Assembly: GCF_009914755.1 (NCBI RefSeq)
Contig: NC_060939.1
Reading direction: 5' to 3' (one strand)
DNA length: 64,000 nucleotides
Source: the human T2T-CHM13v2.0 reference genome, Homo sapiens
The notes beneath the pieces were generated by a model. It saw nothing but the letters and a program-made list of their open reading frames with translations. It did no database searches and was not told where the DNA came from. Numbering within the stretch: position 1 is the first letter of the stretch; each line of letters starts with the position of its first letter. A program made the position numbers and the translations under genes. Shown piece by piece: positions 1 through 15,831 of the stretch.

Positions 1-661
1 AGGTGAACCATACCTGAAAAGTCTTCTAAGAGGCTCTTCCTGCTCTCACCTCATTCCCCTTCCCAGCCCCCAGAGTCAGAGGAAATTCCTGTGCAGAATT
101 GTGTGATTATCATGCTCTTAATTTTATTTGTATCCACAAATAGTGCATTGCTTAGCTTTGCATGTTTTTAACCAATATAAATTCAAGCACACTACTTATA
201 TTGTTTGTAATTTCATTTCTTTCCTCAGCTAATTCCTGAGATTCACTGAGGTGTTGTGGGTTGGAGTAATTAACTCATTTTTTTTTCTTAAATAGTAGTC
301 CTTAAATTAATACATTGTAATACACCCACTCATTCAACTTTTGATGGCTATTTGGACTGTCTTCAGTGTTTTTTGCCTTCACATAAAGTGGGGCTATGAA
401 CACTCTTATATGTGACTCCTGACATATAAATTGCAAAATGTTTCTAGTTCATACATCTAGCTATGGATTCGCTTGCCCATAGGTTATGCACATTACCAAA
501 TTGCTGACCGTTATAACAATTACACTTGCGCAAGCTGTACCCAGGGCACTGGCTGCTCGTGTTCTTGTTCATGCTTGACATTGTCATAGCTAGTCTGGGA
601 CGTGTGAAGGGATAGCACCCGTGGTTTCAGCTTGTGTTTCCCCAGGTACCTGTGAGGCTGA

Positions 662-1388
<727 letters not shown>

Positions 1389-1688
1389 TAATTACCTTTA
1401 ATGTACCTACCCCTCACTTTTAATGTGTGTGTGTGTGGTGAGAAGTAGAGATTCAGTTAATTTTTTTTATCAAATGCAGCATTTATTTCCCAGTGGTCTG
1501 CAGCAATGACTGTGGTAAGTCGGGGTTCTGGGTATGGATGAGTCTGATTCTAGGCTGTGCACTCTATTCCACTTGTCATGTTGTAAGTCCCTCATCAGTC
1601 TCCCTGCCTGGCTCTCCTACTTTGGGAATGTCAAAGACATCCTTGGCCGTTGCTGTTTTCTGTAATTTTAGAATCAGCTTGTCAAGAT

Positions 1689-1983
1689 CAGGCATGTGGC
1701 TCATATCTGTAATCCCAGTGCTTTGGGAGACCGAAGTGGGAAGATTGCTTGAGGCTAGGAGTTCAAGACAAGCCTGGTAGCATAGCAAGATCTTGTCTCT
1801 ACCAAAATTAAAAAATGTAGCCAGGCATGATGGCCGACGCTCGTGTTCCCAGTTACTCCGGAGAGTGAGGAGGGAGGATCACTTGAGCCTAGGAGGTCTA
1901 GGCTGCAGTGAGCCATGGTCATGCCACTACACTCCAGCCTGAACTACAGAGCAAGACCCTGTTTCAAAACAACAACAACAAAC
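1689..1983 (+). mobile_element. Alu (AluJ-type)
   Basis: Diverged dimer with ggatcacttgagcctagg and a (CAA)n tail; flanking cagctt(g/c)tcaa repeat. Confidence 0.92.
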
Positions 1984-2835
1984 CCAGCTTCTCAAAATCT
2001 CCATTAAAAAGAGAAAATTGCTGGAATTTTGATAGGCATTGCATTATATGTGTAGATCAATTTGGGAAAAATAGACATGTTTATGATATTGAGAACTCAA
2101 ATTTACAAACATCTATTTATTGGGGTTTTAAAAAACATCTTTCAAAAAAGTGTTCTAACATTTTTCATAAAGATCTCAGACATCCTTTGTTAAAATTATT
2201 CCCGAGTATTTCTTATTTTTGAGTCTATTATATCTTCATAAAAAGCATGTTCTCTTTGTCACTGGTGTATAGAAACCGAATCAATTTTTGTATCTTGCTT
2301 TTCATTCCAGGAGCCTTGCTAAATGCTCTTGAATAATGTCAGTTTTGCTTGTTCCTTTTCATTCCTCAAATATTTTCTCCCTCTTTTGTTGCCTGAGTCC
2401 TCCAGCACAATTTTAAATAGTAATAGTAGTAATGGGTATTCTGCTCTTGTTATTCACCTTTAAAAAAAAGTGTTCAGCATTTTATATTATGTAAAATATT
2501 CTCTGTGGGGTTTTGATAAATTCACTTTTTCTAAACATTATAGAAGTTTATTTTTCTGGTTTGTTGTTTTAATACATTAATTGATTTTATGATTTTATTC
2601 AATCTTGCCTTCCTAGAATGAACTCAAATTGATCAGGATGCATTATCTTTTATTGATGCCTGGGATTTGACTCTAATTTCCCTTTCTTATGCTGTTTCTG
2701 TCTGATTTTGGCTTCTTAAGGTTATGGTAACATTATAAAACAAATTGGAAGCCCTCTCTTTCTCTAGAATTTGGAAATCCCAGAGTCTGAGTTTGGTAAA
2801 TATTCAGAAGAGCTCAAATCGTGTTTTCTCTTTGA

Positions 2836-3178
<343 letters not shown>

Positions 3179-3619
3179 TGAGAAATCATATAACTATTCA
3201 TACTTTCTATGTCCTTTTTATTAACTGGCAACCTCTATTTTTCTATAAATGTGTATTTCCTTTTACTTTTCAAGTTTATTTATCTAAAGCTGTTGCCAAT
3301 ATCTTTTAACTTTTTAAATCCCTGTAGGACAAGAGTTATATCATCTTTTCTATTTTTAAAAAAAAATTTATTCCAGCAATTGATATGTCCAAGGCACGAA
3401 CCAGGCATGGGCATAGACCAGGAGCCAGGCTGGGATGAGCAAGCGGTTTCTTCATCCCTAGCTGGTATGAGATGGATACCACCAGCCAGGCCCCTCTCTT
3501 CCCAGGTCAGGGGCACCTTTTCCATTTCTCATGTTTCTCTGTGTCTTCTTTCATTTTTCCTTATTCAATATAGACAGATTTTCTTTTTCATTAGTCTTTC
3601 AAAAGAACTAACTTTTGCC

Positions 3620-3937
3620 TTTTGTTTTGCTTTGTTTTTTGAGATAGAATTTTGCCCTGTTGCCTGGCTGGAGTGCAATGGCGCCATCACAGCTCACTGC
3701 AACCTTGACCTTTCAGGCTCTAGTGACCCTCCCACCTCAGCCACCTCCCACCGAGAAGCTGGAAATACAAGTGCACCATTATGCCTGGCTAATTTTGTGT
3801 GTGTGTGGGTGGGTGGGTATAGATGGGCTTTTGCTATGTTGCCCGGGCTGGTCTTGGAACTCCTGGACTCAAGCAAGCCTCCTGCTTTGGCCTCTCTCAG
3901 TACTGGGATTACTGGCAAGAGCCACTGCATCGAGTCT
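3620..3937 (-). mobile_element. Alu (AluJ-type)
   Basis: Diverged antisense dimer; middle linker decayed to (TG)n/(GGGT)n. Confidence 0.9.
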
Positions 3938-3993
3938 TGCCTTACGATGTTGTTTATTGTGTGATTATATTGTGTGATTATATTTTTTTTATA

Positions 3994-4409
<416 letters not shown>

Positions 4410-5098
4410 TGATTTAATTCTGCAGCTCATTAATATTTAATCTTCTTTTCTAATATAACCATGTAACACTGTAAATGTTACTCTAAGAATTGATTTAGCT
4501 ACATCTGACAAGTTTGATATGTGATTTTTATTATAATTTAGTTCTAAATATTTTCTAATTTTCATTGATTTATTATTTTATGTTATTTAGAAGAGTATTT
4601 TATACTTTCCAAATATATGTGGTTTGTCTATCTATCTTTTTGTAACAATGGCATTTTGTGGTGGCCAATGTGATTTGTATGATACCAACCTTTTGAAATT
4701 TGTTGAGACTAGCTTATTGCCCACTATTTGGTCAATAAATGTATTTTTGTGCTTGAAAAGAATAAGTACTTTATAGTAGTTAGGTATTTTATACATGTCC
4801 TTCAAGTCAAGCTTTTACATATTTTTATTCAAATGCTCTATTGCCTGGTTATTTGTTTTTATCTCTTTGATCTATCATCACTGAAAAAGGTATGTTAACA
4901 CCTATTACTACGGTCGATTTATCCATTTCTCCCTGTAATGAGGCTAACTTGGCTTAATATATTTTGAGGCTATGTTATTAATTACATATAAGTTTACAGT
5001 TATTATACCTTTTTGGTTTATTTGGATATCTTTGCATTATTTAATGATCCTCTTTCTCTTTTGTGATGCTTTTTGTTTTCAAAATATATTTGTTCTGA

Positions 5099-5381
5099 TT
5101 TTTTGTTCGTTTGTTTTATTGAGATGGAGTCTCACTCTGTTGCCCAGGCTGGAGTGCAATTCACTGCAACCTCTGCCTTCCAGGTTCAAGCGACTGTCGT
5201 GCCTCAGCCTCCCAAGTAGCTGGGACTACAGGCATGCACCACCATGCCTGGCTAATTTTTGTATTTTTAGCAGAGGTGGCGTTTCACCATGTTGGCCAGG
5301 CTGGTCTCGAACTCCTGACCTCAAGTTATCCAACCGCTTCAGCCTCCCAAAGTGCTGGGATTACAGGCATAAGCCACCATG
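5099..5381 (-). mobile_element. Alu (AluS-type) with small internal deletion
   Basis: Antisense dimer; TSD gttctgat. Confidence 0.93.
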
Positions 5382-5429
5382 GTTCTGATATTAATACAGC
5401 TATTTCAGCTAATATAGATGGCCCTGTCA

Positions 5430-5725
5430 CTTTGTGCTCCAATTTCCCTATCTATCTCCAAAATGGGTAGAATAATAAGACTGACCTCACAAGGTTGTTC
5501 ATTCATTCATTTCTTCATCAACTTAATGCATATTTATTAAGCACCCACTATATGTCAGGAATTGTTTCATGCTTGAGAGAAACAGTTGCAAACAAAAATC
5601 TCTGTCTTCGTGGAACTTAGGTTTCAGTATGGATTATTGTTAGAATTAATTGAGTTAATATTAATACATAAAGTGTTTAGAATAATACCTGGCCCATAGT
5701 GAGTATCTATTATAATTATTATTAC
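5430..5725 (+). mobile_element. MIR interrupted by an L2 3' end
   Basis: MIR core aaaatgggtagaataataagactgacctcacaaggttgtt, resuming at ~5630 with gtgtttagaataatacctggcccatagtgag. Confidence 0.7.
5498..5628 (-). mobile_element. L2 3' end
   Basis: attcattcat...atatttattaagcacccactatatgtcagg, the antisense L2 tail. Confidence 0.75.
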
Positions 5726-5889
5726 TTTTCCCCATGTTTATTCCTAATATGTATATGTCAGTATATGTTGTTGTATTTTGGATATATTCCTTAAATTGCA
5801 TATAGCTGGATTTTGTTATTTAACCAGTCAGATATTCTTTAGCATTTAATTTATCATTAGTTTGGCACATTTATTCCATTTCCATTTAT

Positions 5890-6235
<346 letters not shown>

Positions 6236-6368
6236 TGATTTTTACTATTTTCCTTAAGCTTTCTTGGTTTCTTCTCTTTCTTTTGGACTATTTGTTTGTT
6301 ATTCTGTATATATTTCCCCTATAACAATTAGGAAGTTAGACATCTTTATTTTTTCCTTGAGTGACTAC

Positions 6369-6902
6369 TACTCCAGTTACTGCTGTCTCATAACAAACAT
6401 CCCCTAGTCAGTGGCATAAAATAATAAGAATTAGTGGCTCGCTGATGGTGCAGGTCAGGAATTTGGACAGGCAGGGCCCAGTGGGGATGACTGGTCTTTC
6501 TTCTCTGTTGTCTGGAGCCATAGCTGGGAATACCTGAAAGGCTGGGGCCAGAATCATCAAGAGGCATCTTCACTCACACCTGCCCTGCAGGCGGGACTGA
6601 CTGACAGGCTCGGCTCAGCTGGGGCTGGCCACCAGAGCTCCTACATGGACCTTCCTATAGGGCTTGGCTTTTCACAGCACAGCAGCTGGGTTCCAGGAGA
6701 CAGTGACCCTAGAAGAAGAGGGCAGTGCATTGCTTTCTCAACCCAGAAGTCTTCACAACATCATTCCACCACATCCTTTGACGACAAGAAAATCAGAGTC
6801 TAGCCCAGGTTCAAGGCAAAGGGAATTAGACTCCACTTTTGGAAGGACACGTCAGATGAGAAATATTGTTGCAGCTACCTTTGGAAAACAAAGCCTAGCA
6901 CA
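6369..6902 (-). mobile_element. MLT1-family MaLR solo LTR (MLT1F/G/H-like)
   Basis: Antisense MLT1 motifs ggtcaggaatttgg and cccaggttcaagg...ttagactccacttttgga; 5-bp flanks actac/attac. Confidence 0.8.
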
Positions 6903-7726
6903 ATTACCTTAGAAATTCTAGCCTAACTTATTAAAACCTAAAGTTCACATCTTTATTTTCATCCTAAACACAACTCAGTTTTTCTGACTTTTGTGCTGTG
7001 ATTAATTTGCCACCTATTTTGATTTTACCTTTGATCTTGTAGTTTTAAAATCTCACAGTGTTGTTGTTTTACAAATGAATATTTATATTTTATGATATTT
7101 AATATTTCTTTTGTTCTTCAATTCATATATCTCTGACCATGTATTAGAAATTCCTTTAGTTACGGTCTGTAGGTGAGAAAATTGCTCAGTGGTAGATTTG
7201 AAAATATCTTTATTTCTTCTTTGTTTTGAGAGATATTTGTTCCAGTGTATAAAATTCCCTCTGCACATAGATGATATTATGTTACTGTCTAGGAGTAGGC
7301 TCCTTTTAATTTATTCTGTGTGGGATTCATTGGTTTTCCTCATCCCGTGGATTGTGGTCTTTAATCAATTCTGGAAAATTCTCAGAATTATCTTTTAAAA
7401 TATTGCCTTGATCTCATTTTCTCTCTCCTTTCCTTCCTGAACTCTGATATGTTAATACTTCTCCTGGTTTCCACCTATATCTTGACTCGTCTTTTACATG
7501 TCCTATTTCTTCATGTTTTTGTCATACATTCTGAATAATTTCTTCAGATCCAAGTCTCAGGTCACAAATTCTCTAGCCTAATGTTAAACTTTATTTTTAG
7601 TTTATATATTTTTTATTTCTACAAATTTGATTAGATTCTTTTTCAGACCTGATTGTTTAATAAAGTCTCTTGCTCCTTATTTGTATATTCAGTTCTTTTA
7701 GTTCTTTAAACATAATACGCTGGTCT

Positions 7727-7767
7727 TTTTTTAATTTTAAATTTTTGTGGGTACATAGTAGGTGTAT
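7727..7767 (-). mobile_element. Extremely 5'-truncated L1 3' tail (L1MA/L1PB-type, ~40 bp)
   Basis: atttttgtgggtacatagtaggtg matches the L1 end at ~34318-34341; flanked by gctggtct (7719-7726 and 7770-7777). Confidence 0.75.
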
Positions 7768-7777
7768 GAGCTGGTCT

Positions 7778-8075
<298 letters not shown>

Positions 8076-8817
8076 GAGCCGGTCTATTTTTAATTCCAGG
8101 TCTGATTTGCCCAATGTATGAATTTTTGCATGTCCAACTTTTCTGTTATCCACAGGAATGATTTGATGCCTGCCTCTGTGGGTCCTTCTGCTGCCGAGCA
8201 CCAGGGCACTGTCATCAGCCAGAGATGAAATTAAGCTGAATCCTCAACTTGAGGTTTTTCTGACCACCTGGGTAATTCAAATTCGAGCTGAAAACTCTCC
8301 TGAGGGCTGGCTGGTGATCATGAATTATCAGCAGGAATGTTTTTCCGTTCTATTCAGTGCTCAGGATTGATGCGGCTAGTCCTACGGACAGTGGGTACAT
8401 TTCCAGTCCACCGGGACACCCCAGGAAAAGCTCCTCCCTGTCCCGCAGCTTTGGAGAGGCTGTGTCCCAGGTCCCAGTGTGGGCTGGCTCTGCACTTTTC
8501 CCTGCACCATTGGCCCTGGAATTCCAAGGCTGGAGATCCCTGGGTTTGCCAGATGCCCTCAAGGCAAAACCAGCTCATCTCCTAGGTTCCAATTTTCACT
8601 GGAGTTTTGGTCGCTGAATCTTCTGCTTCACTTGCCAAATTATTGCTGCCTGTAAAAATATCTCTCCCACATTTTTTTTCGGCAGTTTTACTTGTTTTCA
8701 GCTGGGCGATCTGCCATGGTATCTAGATTGCCTTATTGTACCAATGTAAATTTTGGAAGACTGCTGGGAAAACAGTCAGCAAGCCTTAGTTTCTTATGAG
8801 AATGAAATTTTAAAGTA

Positions 8818-9134
8818 CAATTGGATCTCCATATCTGTGGGTTCTGCATCCACCGATTCAATTGCAGGCTGAAAATAGTCATAAATAAAAATAAAAAATA
8901 ATAGGACAATAAAACATAATAAAAGTAAAAATATAGTATAACAAATATTTGCATAGCATTTATATTGTATTAGGTATTGTAAGTTATCCACAGATGACAT
9001 AAAGTATATGAGAGCATGTGTGTAGTTTATGCACAAATGCTACATCATTTTACATAAAGAGCTTGGGCATCTGCAGATTTCGGTATGCGCTAGGGTCCTG
9101 GAACCAATCCTCCCTCGGTACTGAGGGATGACGT
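8818..9134 (-). mobile_element. MER2 (TcMar-Tigger non-autonomous DNA transposon)
   Basis: Degenerate terminal inverted repeats (TIRs), gtcctggaaccaatcc...ctgagggatgac, AT-rich middle, TA on the left. Confidence 0.85.
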
Positions 9135-11026
9135 TCTACATTAAATTTTAATAGGTAATGCAGCATTTCCTACTGTCTGTCTTCCCATTCATAATGGTCC
9201 ATGACAGTAATAACCATCGTTTGCAAATAAGAAAGACAACGCTGGGTATTAATCATTTTTAAAATAACCTCTTATGCGGCCTGCTCTATGTTTGGCTACA
9301 TGGAGAGGGATATCATTGGCTGGAAGTGTTTGACAGGTAGATGATTCTTAGGAACTCTGAGTTTGTAGGTTTGTCCTGTTAAATGCTCTTAGTCGGTCAC
9401 ATTTGTAATTAGCTGGAACTTTCTGTTTTATGTCTAAAAAGTCCTTCGATAATTACACTTGGAATAAAGGTTTGCATTTTTTAAAAATTGAGATCATGGA
9501 AAGACATATCAATTGCAAGAGTTGTATAAAGTCGAATTGACTGAAATTTACCTCACAACTAAAAATAACTAATTTCTTTACCAAAAGAAGCCCACCTATT
9601 TGTATTTTATTTCCTGTTTCTGTATAACTACATACAAACATAATAAACATACTAAATATAATAAATTAGTAAACACATAAACATAGTAAAATTAATGCCA
9701 GTTTACTGCCATATGCTGCGTAGGAGTAACAGATGCATCTGTCCAACCTTTTTTTTTTTTTTTCCTTTCCAGCCCAAAAACTACTTAAAAATTAATCATA
9801 TCAAAACAAGAGCATCCATGAACCAACTTCTGAGAATTGCTGTTGCTGAGAAAGGCCTAGTGAGCCCCTGTTTCCTCAGGCCACCTTCCTCTTCCTCCCA
9901 TTGCCAAGGGCTCCTGTCGCCCCCGTCTGCGTTCTCCTGCCTGGCGCTCTGTCACCTCCTGTGGAGGCCCCACGTGTTCATCTGAGGGCTGCTGCTGCCC
10001 TTCCAGTATTATCCACACCTGCCATTATTACTGGGTCTTGCTCTCTGACAAAGGGGCTACAGCGCTCCTTCCTGGTACACATGCAGCCCTCCTGCCCTTG
10101 CTCAAGGACCGCACCTCAACAGGGCACCTGCTCTCATCTGGCCATCGCCTCGGCATAGGTAGCTCAAGATAGATGTTCAGCCCCAAGCCTCATGGCTGAC
10201 TAACCCTGTGGAACTTAAAAGTTCAAAGACAGGGATGCCTGGATTCTGTCTCTGCCTCTGCACGTGTGTCTGTGCAGGCATCCGAGCTGACCGGCCAGCT
10301 TCCCGCTGGTGGAGGTGGGAGGCATAGGCTGCTTCTACACGCCCAAAGCCTACCCACTACAGAGTTACTTGCAGTCACACATGCTGACTAAGGGAGGAGA
10401 GCAACTCCAATCAAACGAAGCTAAGGAAGATAGCACACAAACTGGCAAGAAATTCCTGAGGTTTGCTACTTCCTATGATGGGGACAAATTCAAATGATAC
10501 AGCTTTGAGAGAAAGGTGTTACATGGAACATAGGGTGCCTGCTGTGAGTTGCTTTTAGAGGTGAAAGGAGTAGATTCGCACAGACAGCTGCAGGAGGGAC
10601 AGGCGGACTCCACCATCATTGGTGGAGGGGCCGGAGCCGAAGCAGCCCCCCAGGGAGTTGGTATTGCCTAGGGAAATGAACGTGGGAGAGAAAAATCCTG
10701 CCATTCAAAGGATGGTGATCCTTGTCTCCACACACCCTCACCTACCCCTGCCAAAGCAGCAGCTATTCGTTTGTTGTCACTGTTGCACTCTTCCAGTGAC
10801 CTAAAGCAGCAACTTCTAAATGTGTAATGGAAAACAAGCAGTGCAGCTCAACAGCTTGTGGTTTCTGGGGTCTCTGCAATTGAACTAGGCTATCTGCTCT
10901 TTGAGCCTGGTTGCTAACCTGTGTGCTTCGTGCTCCACGTACTCCAAATGCAGGGAAGGGCAGGGTTACTCCACGCTCCTGGGACTGAACTAACGCATAT
11001 CACGGAGAACAGAAGACTGGCTTCTT

Positions 11027-11316
11027 CGTGGTTGTTGGAGACAGAGTCTGGCTCTGTCACCCAGGCTGGAGCACAGTGGCACTATCTTGGCTCACTGCAA
11101 CCTCCACCTCCCGGTTTCAAGCAATTTTCTTGCCTCAGCCCGAGTAGCTAGGATTACAGGCATCCGCCACCATGCCTGGCTAATTTTTTGTGTTTTAGTA
11201 GAGACAGGTTTTCACCATGTTGCCCACACTGGTCTCAAACTCCTGAGCTCAGGCCATCTGCCCTCCTCAGCCTCCCAAAGTGCTAGGATTACTGGTATGA
11301 GCCACCGTGCCCAGCC
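11027..11316 (-). mobile_element. Alu (AluS-type) with decayed tail
   Basis: Antisense dimer; ctggcttct flanks. Confidence 0.93.
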
Positions 11317-11798
11317 AGAACCCTGGCTTCTCATCATCAGGAAAGAACCGATCAGACAGAACCAATCCAAAGATTCAGTGAGTTGCCTAGGTGGTTTACA
11401 AGGACATGCAATGTTTGGGAATACGTGGCGTGAAATGCAGATTTGCCAGAGCCCAGAGAGCCGCAACCAGTACAGTTGCAGATAAAAGATTTTCAGAGGC
11501 CAGATTTTCAGCGCTCTGCAGTTTTAAAAACCAAATGCACATCTTTCTTTAGATTTGAATAAATACACATTTTGGAAAACACAAGCAACACGGCTGGGAT
11601 GCATCTTAAAACAACATGACGTGAACTCCACGAATCTGAACAGAATTAAAACCTTTGCCCTTTCTGGTTTGAAAGCCTTGCGCTCATGCTAAAAGTGCAG
11701 TGGAGTGTGCGCACTCACACCCAAACTCTCCCCCACACGTACACTAATACACACTCAGGCCCACTCACCGGAACACATTCAGGCTCACAGTCACATAC

Positions 11799-12428
11799 TG
11801 TGTCCAGCATTGAAATCCCAGTGGGTTTTTGGTCTTGCTGACTTCAAGAATAAAGTCGTGGACCCTCGAAGTCAGTATTACAGCTCTTAGAGATGGCCTG
11901 TCTGGAGTTCTTTCCTCCAGATGTTCAGATGTGACCAGAGTTTCTTCCTTCTGGAGGGTTCCAGGTTTTGCTGACTTCATGAGTGAAACCGCAGACCTTT
12001 GCAGTGAGCGCTACAGCTCTTAAAGGTTGTGCCTCAGGTAGCACCTCTGGCGTTGTTCCTTCCTCCCAGTGGGTTTGTGGTCCCGCTGGCTTCAAGAGTG
12101 AAGCTGCACATCTTCCTAGTGAGGGTTACAGCTCTTAAATGTAACACAGACCCAGTGAACAGCAGCAAAATTTATTGCAAAAAGCGAAAGAACAAAGCTT
12201 CCACATCACAGAAGGTGACCCAAGCAGATTGTTGCTGCTGGCTGGGGGTGGCCAGCTTTTAGTCCCTTATTTGACCCCACCCACATCCTGCTGATTGGTC
12301 CATTTTACAGACTGCTGATTGGTCAATTTTTACAGAGTGCTGATTGGTGCGTTTATAATCCTTTAGCTAGACGGAAAAGTTCCCCAAGTCCCGACCGGAC
12401 CCAGAAGCCAAGTCAGCTTCACTTGTCA
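11799..12428 (-). mobile_element. LTR12-family (ERV9) solo LTR
   Basis: TG...CA ends; 4-bp TSD ATAC (11795-11798 and 12429-12432); repeated gctgattgg (CCAAT) and ttacagctctta units. Confidence 0.92.
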
Positions 12429-12888
12429 ATACTCACATTCACACTCTGATGCTCTCGGACCTGAGGCCGGGCAGCATCCCTAGCAGCATGACTCCAAGGG
12501 CAGTCGGTCCGTGAGCCAACTGGCAACACTGGGGGGCACCAACTGTGTGCCAGGCATTGGGCTAAGGGCCAGGGAGATAGTGTTGCATGGACTAGAAGTG
12601 GTTTATCTGTGGCCTAACAGAATTACAGGGAGGACAAGCATTAAAGAAAGAGTGACAAGTAATCAAATGTATCATTACACGTATGTGACAGGCCAGCACG
12701 GAGCATGTGGTAATGAATTCAAGAGTGTGGAGAAGGTTTCCCCCAGAATGTACAAGGTCTTGGTGTCTCCATAAGAAGCGAGTGTTGAGATTTGAGGGGG
12801 CCTTGAATAGTACTGGACAGTCCCGGGATAGCCTTGGCCAACCGGCTATCTCCCCACTTTACTTCTTGCCTGTGGTTTGCAGAGTAAG

Positions 12889-13765
12889 TGTGGCGTGTGC
12901 TGGGAATGCAATATCCTGAGACAGGGAGAAACTGCCCAGAACAGTGGGCCTTGTTCCTGCCCCTCCTAGGGAAGGTGATATCTTGGGGAGGGGCTGTCTT
13001 AGACAGCCCAGGCTTAGTTTCTCTCTCTCCCGGAAGCAGCACGTCCTTCAAAGCTGTTAAAATAAAAACTTCAGCTAGACGAATTAAATTGAAAGGAATT
13101 TAATTGAGCAATGAACAATTTGCGAATCGGGCAGCCCCCAGATTCACAGCAGATTCAGAGAGACGCCAGGGGTGTCTCGTGGTCACAACAAATTTATAGA
13201 CAAAAAAAGGGAAGTGACAAACAGAAATCAGCAGTGAGGTACAGAAACAGCTGGATTGGTTACAGGTTGGCGTTTGCCTTGTTTGAGTAGTTTGAACACT
13301 CAGCAGTCTGTGAGTGGTTGAAGTATGGCTGCTGGGATTGGCCAAGACTTAATATTGTTACAAGCACATACTCCTTAGTTAGGTTTTCAATCTTTGCCTA
13401 TTAAGCTAGGTTATAGTTCATCCACAAGGACTCAAATATAGAAGTATGGAGTCCTTCTCAGGCCATATTTAGTTTGCTTTAGCAAAGCTTTTCCTAGTGA
13501 GCCACGTGTCCCCTGAGTTCTAGAACCCAGGGTGGGCTGCCTGCCAGGTTTCCTCAGCTGTAGTGGAAGCGGGGCAGATGAAGTCGAGACTCCATCTGCT
13601 CTGGGAAGGCTTCTTGAGCCTTGGGGGACTGGCTCACAGTGGAACCTAGTCTTCTTTCGTCCCCTGCTCCCTATCTGTGAGTAATAAACCTATTTCCTAT
13701 AACCAATTGTGAGTGTGTTCTGTCTCACTCGTCTTGGGCAGTTGGTAGCATTGCACTCCAGGGAG
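12889..13765 (+). mobile_element. ERVL-type LTR (MER54-like), split by MER57
   Basis: tgtggcgtgtgctgggaatgcaatatcctgaga start; AATAAA at ~13683; sequence continues across the MER57 TSD. Confidence 0.6.
13055..13484 (-). mobile_element. MER57A/B-type ERV1 solo LTR
   Basis: TG...CA; TSD AAGC (13051-13054 and 13485-13488); ggagtccttctcaggccatatttagtttgc end. Confidence 0.88.
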
Positions 13766-14348
13766 CAGAATTGCTTGGACTCCTGTTTCTGATGGTTGCT
13801 CTCCTCCATGCAGTGGAGTCCTCCCTTGGGATTGGATTGGTTGTTGGTGAACCTGTTTCACAAATAGAGAGTGGACAGAGGAAGGGGCTGCAGGGAGATC
13901 ACAGCTGAGGTGGTGGCCCCGGGGGTTCCCACTGCTGGAAGGCTGGTGGTGGTGGCAGATGCAGCCTGTGTGATGAATGGCAGCCATGATGCCCACCGCC
14001 CCTGTGCTTTGATTTTGTGAGTTGCCCTCACCTAATGCCTCATCGCACGACACCTTTCTCTGCAAACAGTGGCATCCTCCAGCTGTGTGGTGGGACTGGG
14101 AGGTCCTAAAAGCTGGGTGTTGAATACTTACTGATGTGACAGCTGACCACTGTGGTTGGGAGGTGTCCTTTCTCTCAGTGAGAATAATTTGAGAATAATC
14201 AAAGCCTGCTTGAAAGATGTGCCTATTAAATGAATAAATCTGCTTTCATTCATGGCTCAGCTATACACTCAACTGTAAGGTACGAGGCAATTTATGTTTC
14301 TGCCTTCAAGCAACTCTGCCTAGCAAAGCAGATTAGGTATGTGAACAT

Positions 14349-14743
14349 GGTCCCAGTCCATTTTGTGCTGCTATAACTGAATGCCACAGACTAGATAATT
14401 TATAAAGAAATGAAACTTATTTCTTACAATTCTGGAGGTTTGGAAGTGCCAGGTTGAGGGGCTTCATCTGGCAAGGGCCTTCTTGCCATGTCATCTCATG
14501 GCAAAAGGTGGAAGAGCAAGAGAGTACTCACTGCAAGAGATGGGGAGGGTCTGAATTCAACCGTTTTTGTCAGGAACCCACTCGCATAATAGTGAACCCA
14601 CCTCCATCATGATGCAATGAATCCATCAGAGGGCAGAGCCCTCATGACCTAATCACTTCCTAAGTCCCCACTTTTCAACATTGTTGCACTAGGAGTTATG
14701 GTTCCAACACAGGACCTCTGGGGGACACATTCCAACCACAGCA
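14349..14743 (-). mobile_element. MST-family MaLR solo LTR (MSTC/MSTD-like)
   Basis: agtccattttgtgctgctataac...ggcagagccctcatgacctaatcac...gggggacacattccaaccacagca. Confidence 0.85.
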
Positions 14744-15516
14744 ACCGGTTTACAAATAACCCTTTTGTCTATATGCTGGGTCTTCAGAGGCACTCAGGAA
14801 TGTATTATATTTATGTATGAGTATACATTATTTTCAGAAATGGGTAATTGTGACAACATGTGGAATTAATGGAACTGAATTTAGGCAACATGCAGAAGAA
14901 GAGCCCTGGAATGAGAGGTCACAGCTTGCCACCATGGAGTCATTACGGGTTTTCAATTATGGTAGGTTTCATTTTTTATGCTTTTCTTCTCATCTGAAAT
15001 TCCTTGGTTATCAGATACTGCACCTGGCACATTTGAAGGTTTGTTTGAAGGTGGTGGCCAGTAACTACCTGCCGAAAGAAGAAAGGTGAGCTCTCTTCCC
15101 AGGCTACGGGAAAAAAATCGTTCATCAGTCATCCTTTCATTTCGCCATGCAGCTCCCACAGGCCAGGTGTGTGCTAGCACCTGGTCACACAATAAGCAGG
15201 TTGTGGGCTGTTTTCTGGCAGCACAGAGTCTGGGGGGGAGTCAGACACCCCTCTGGACTCTACCAGTAGAGAGAAGAGCAAAAGCAGAGAGGCAGCTTAC
15301 AGACAGAAGAGGAATGGAGAGGTTTAGGGGAAGAAAACAACGATCTGGAACATGAAGAATGAGCAGGAGACCACCAGAGAAAAAAGGGAGAAGGGCCTGC
15401 TGGGCAGAAGGAGCAGCACAGGCAAAGGTGCAGAGGTAGGAGACACCAAGGAATGCAGGGAAGGCATGAAAGGCAGTCAAAGACCTGACTGTACAGACCT
15501 TAAGGAAGTGACCTTG

Positions 15517-15831
<315 letters not shown>

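Noticed and set aside
10278-10461. Possible exon after tgtgcag with an upstream GACTAAC
   Set aside because: The branch-like motif is about 75 nt upstream with intervening AGs, and the donor (GTTTGC) is weak.
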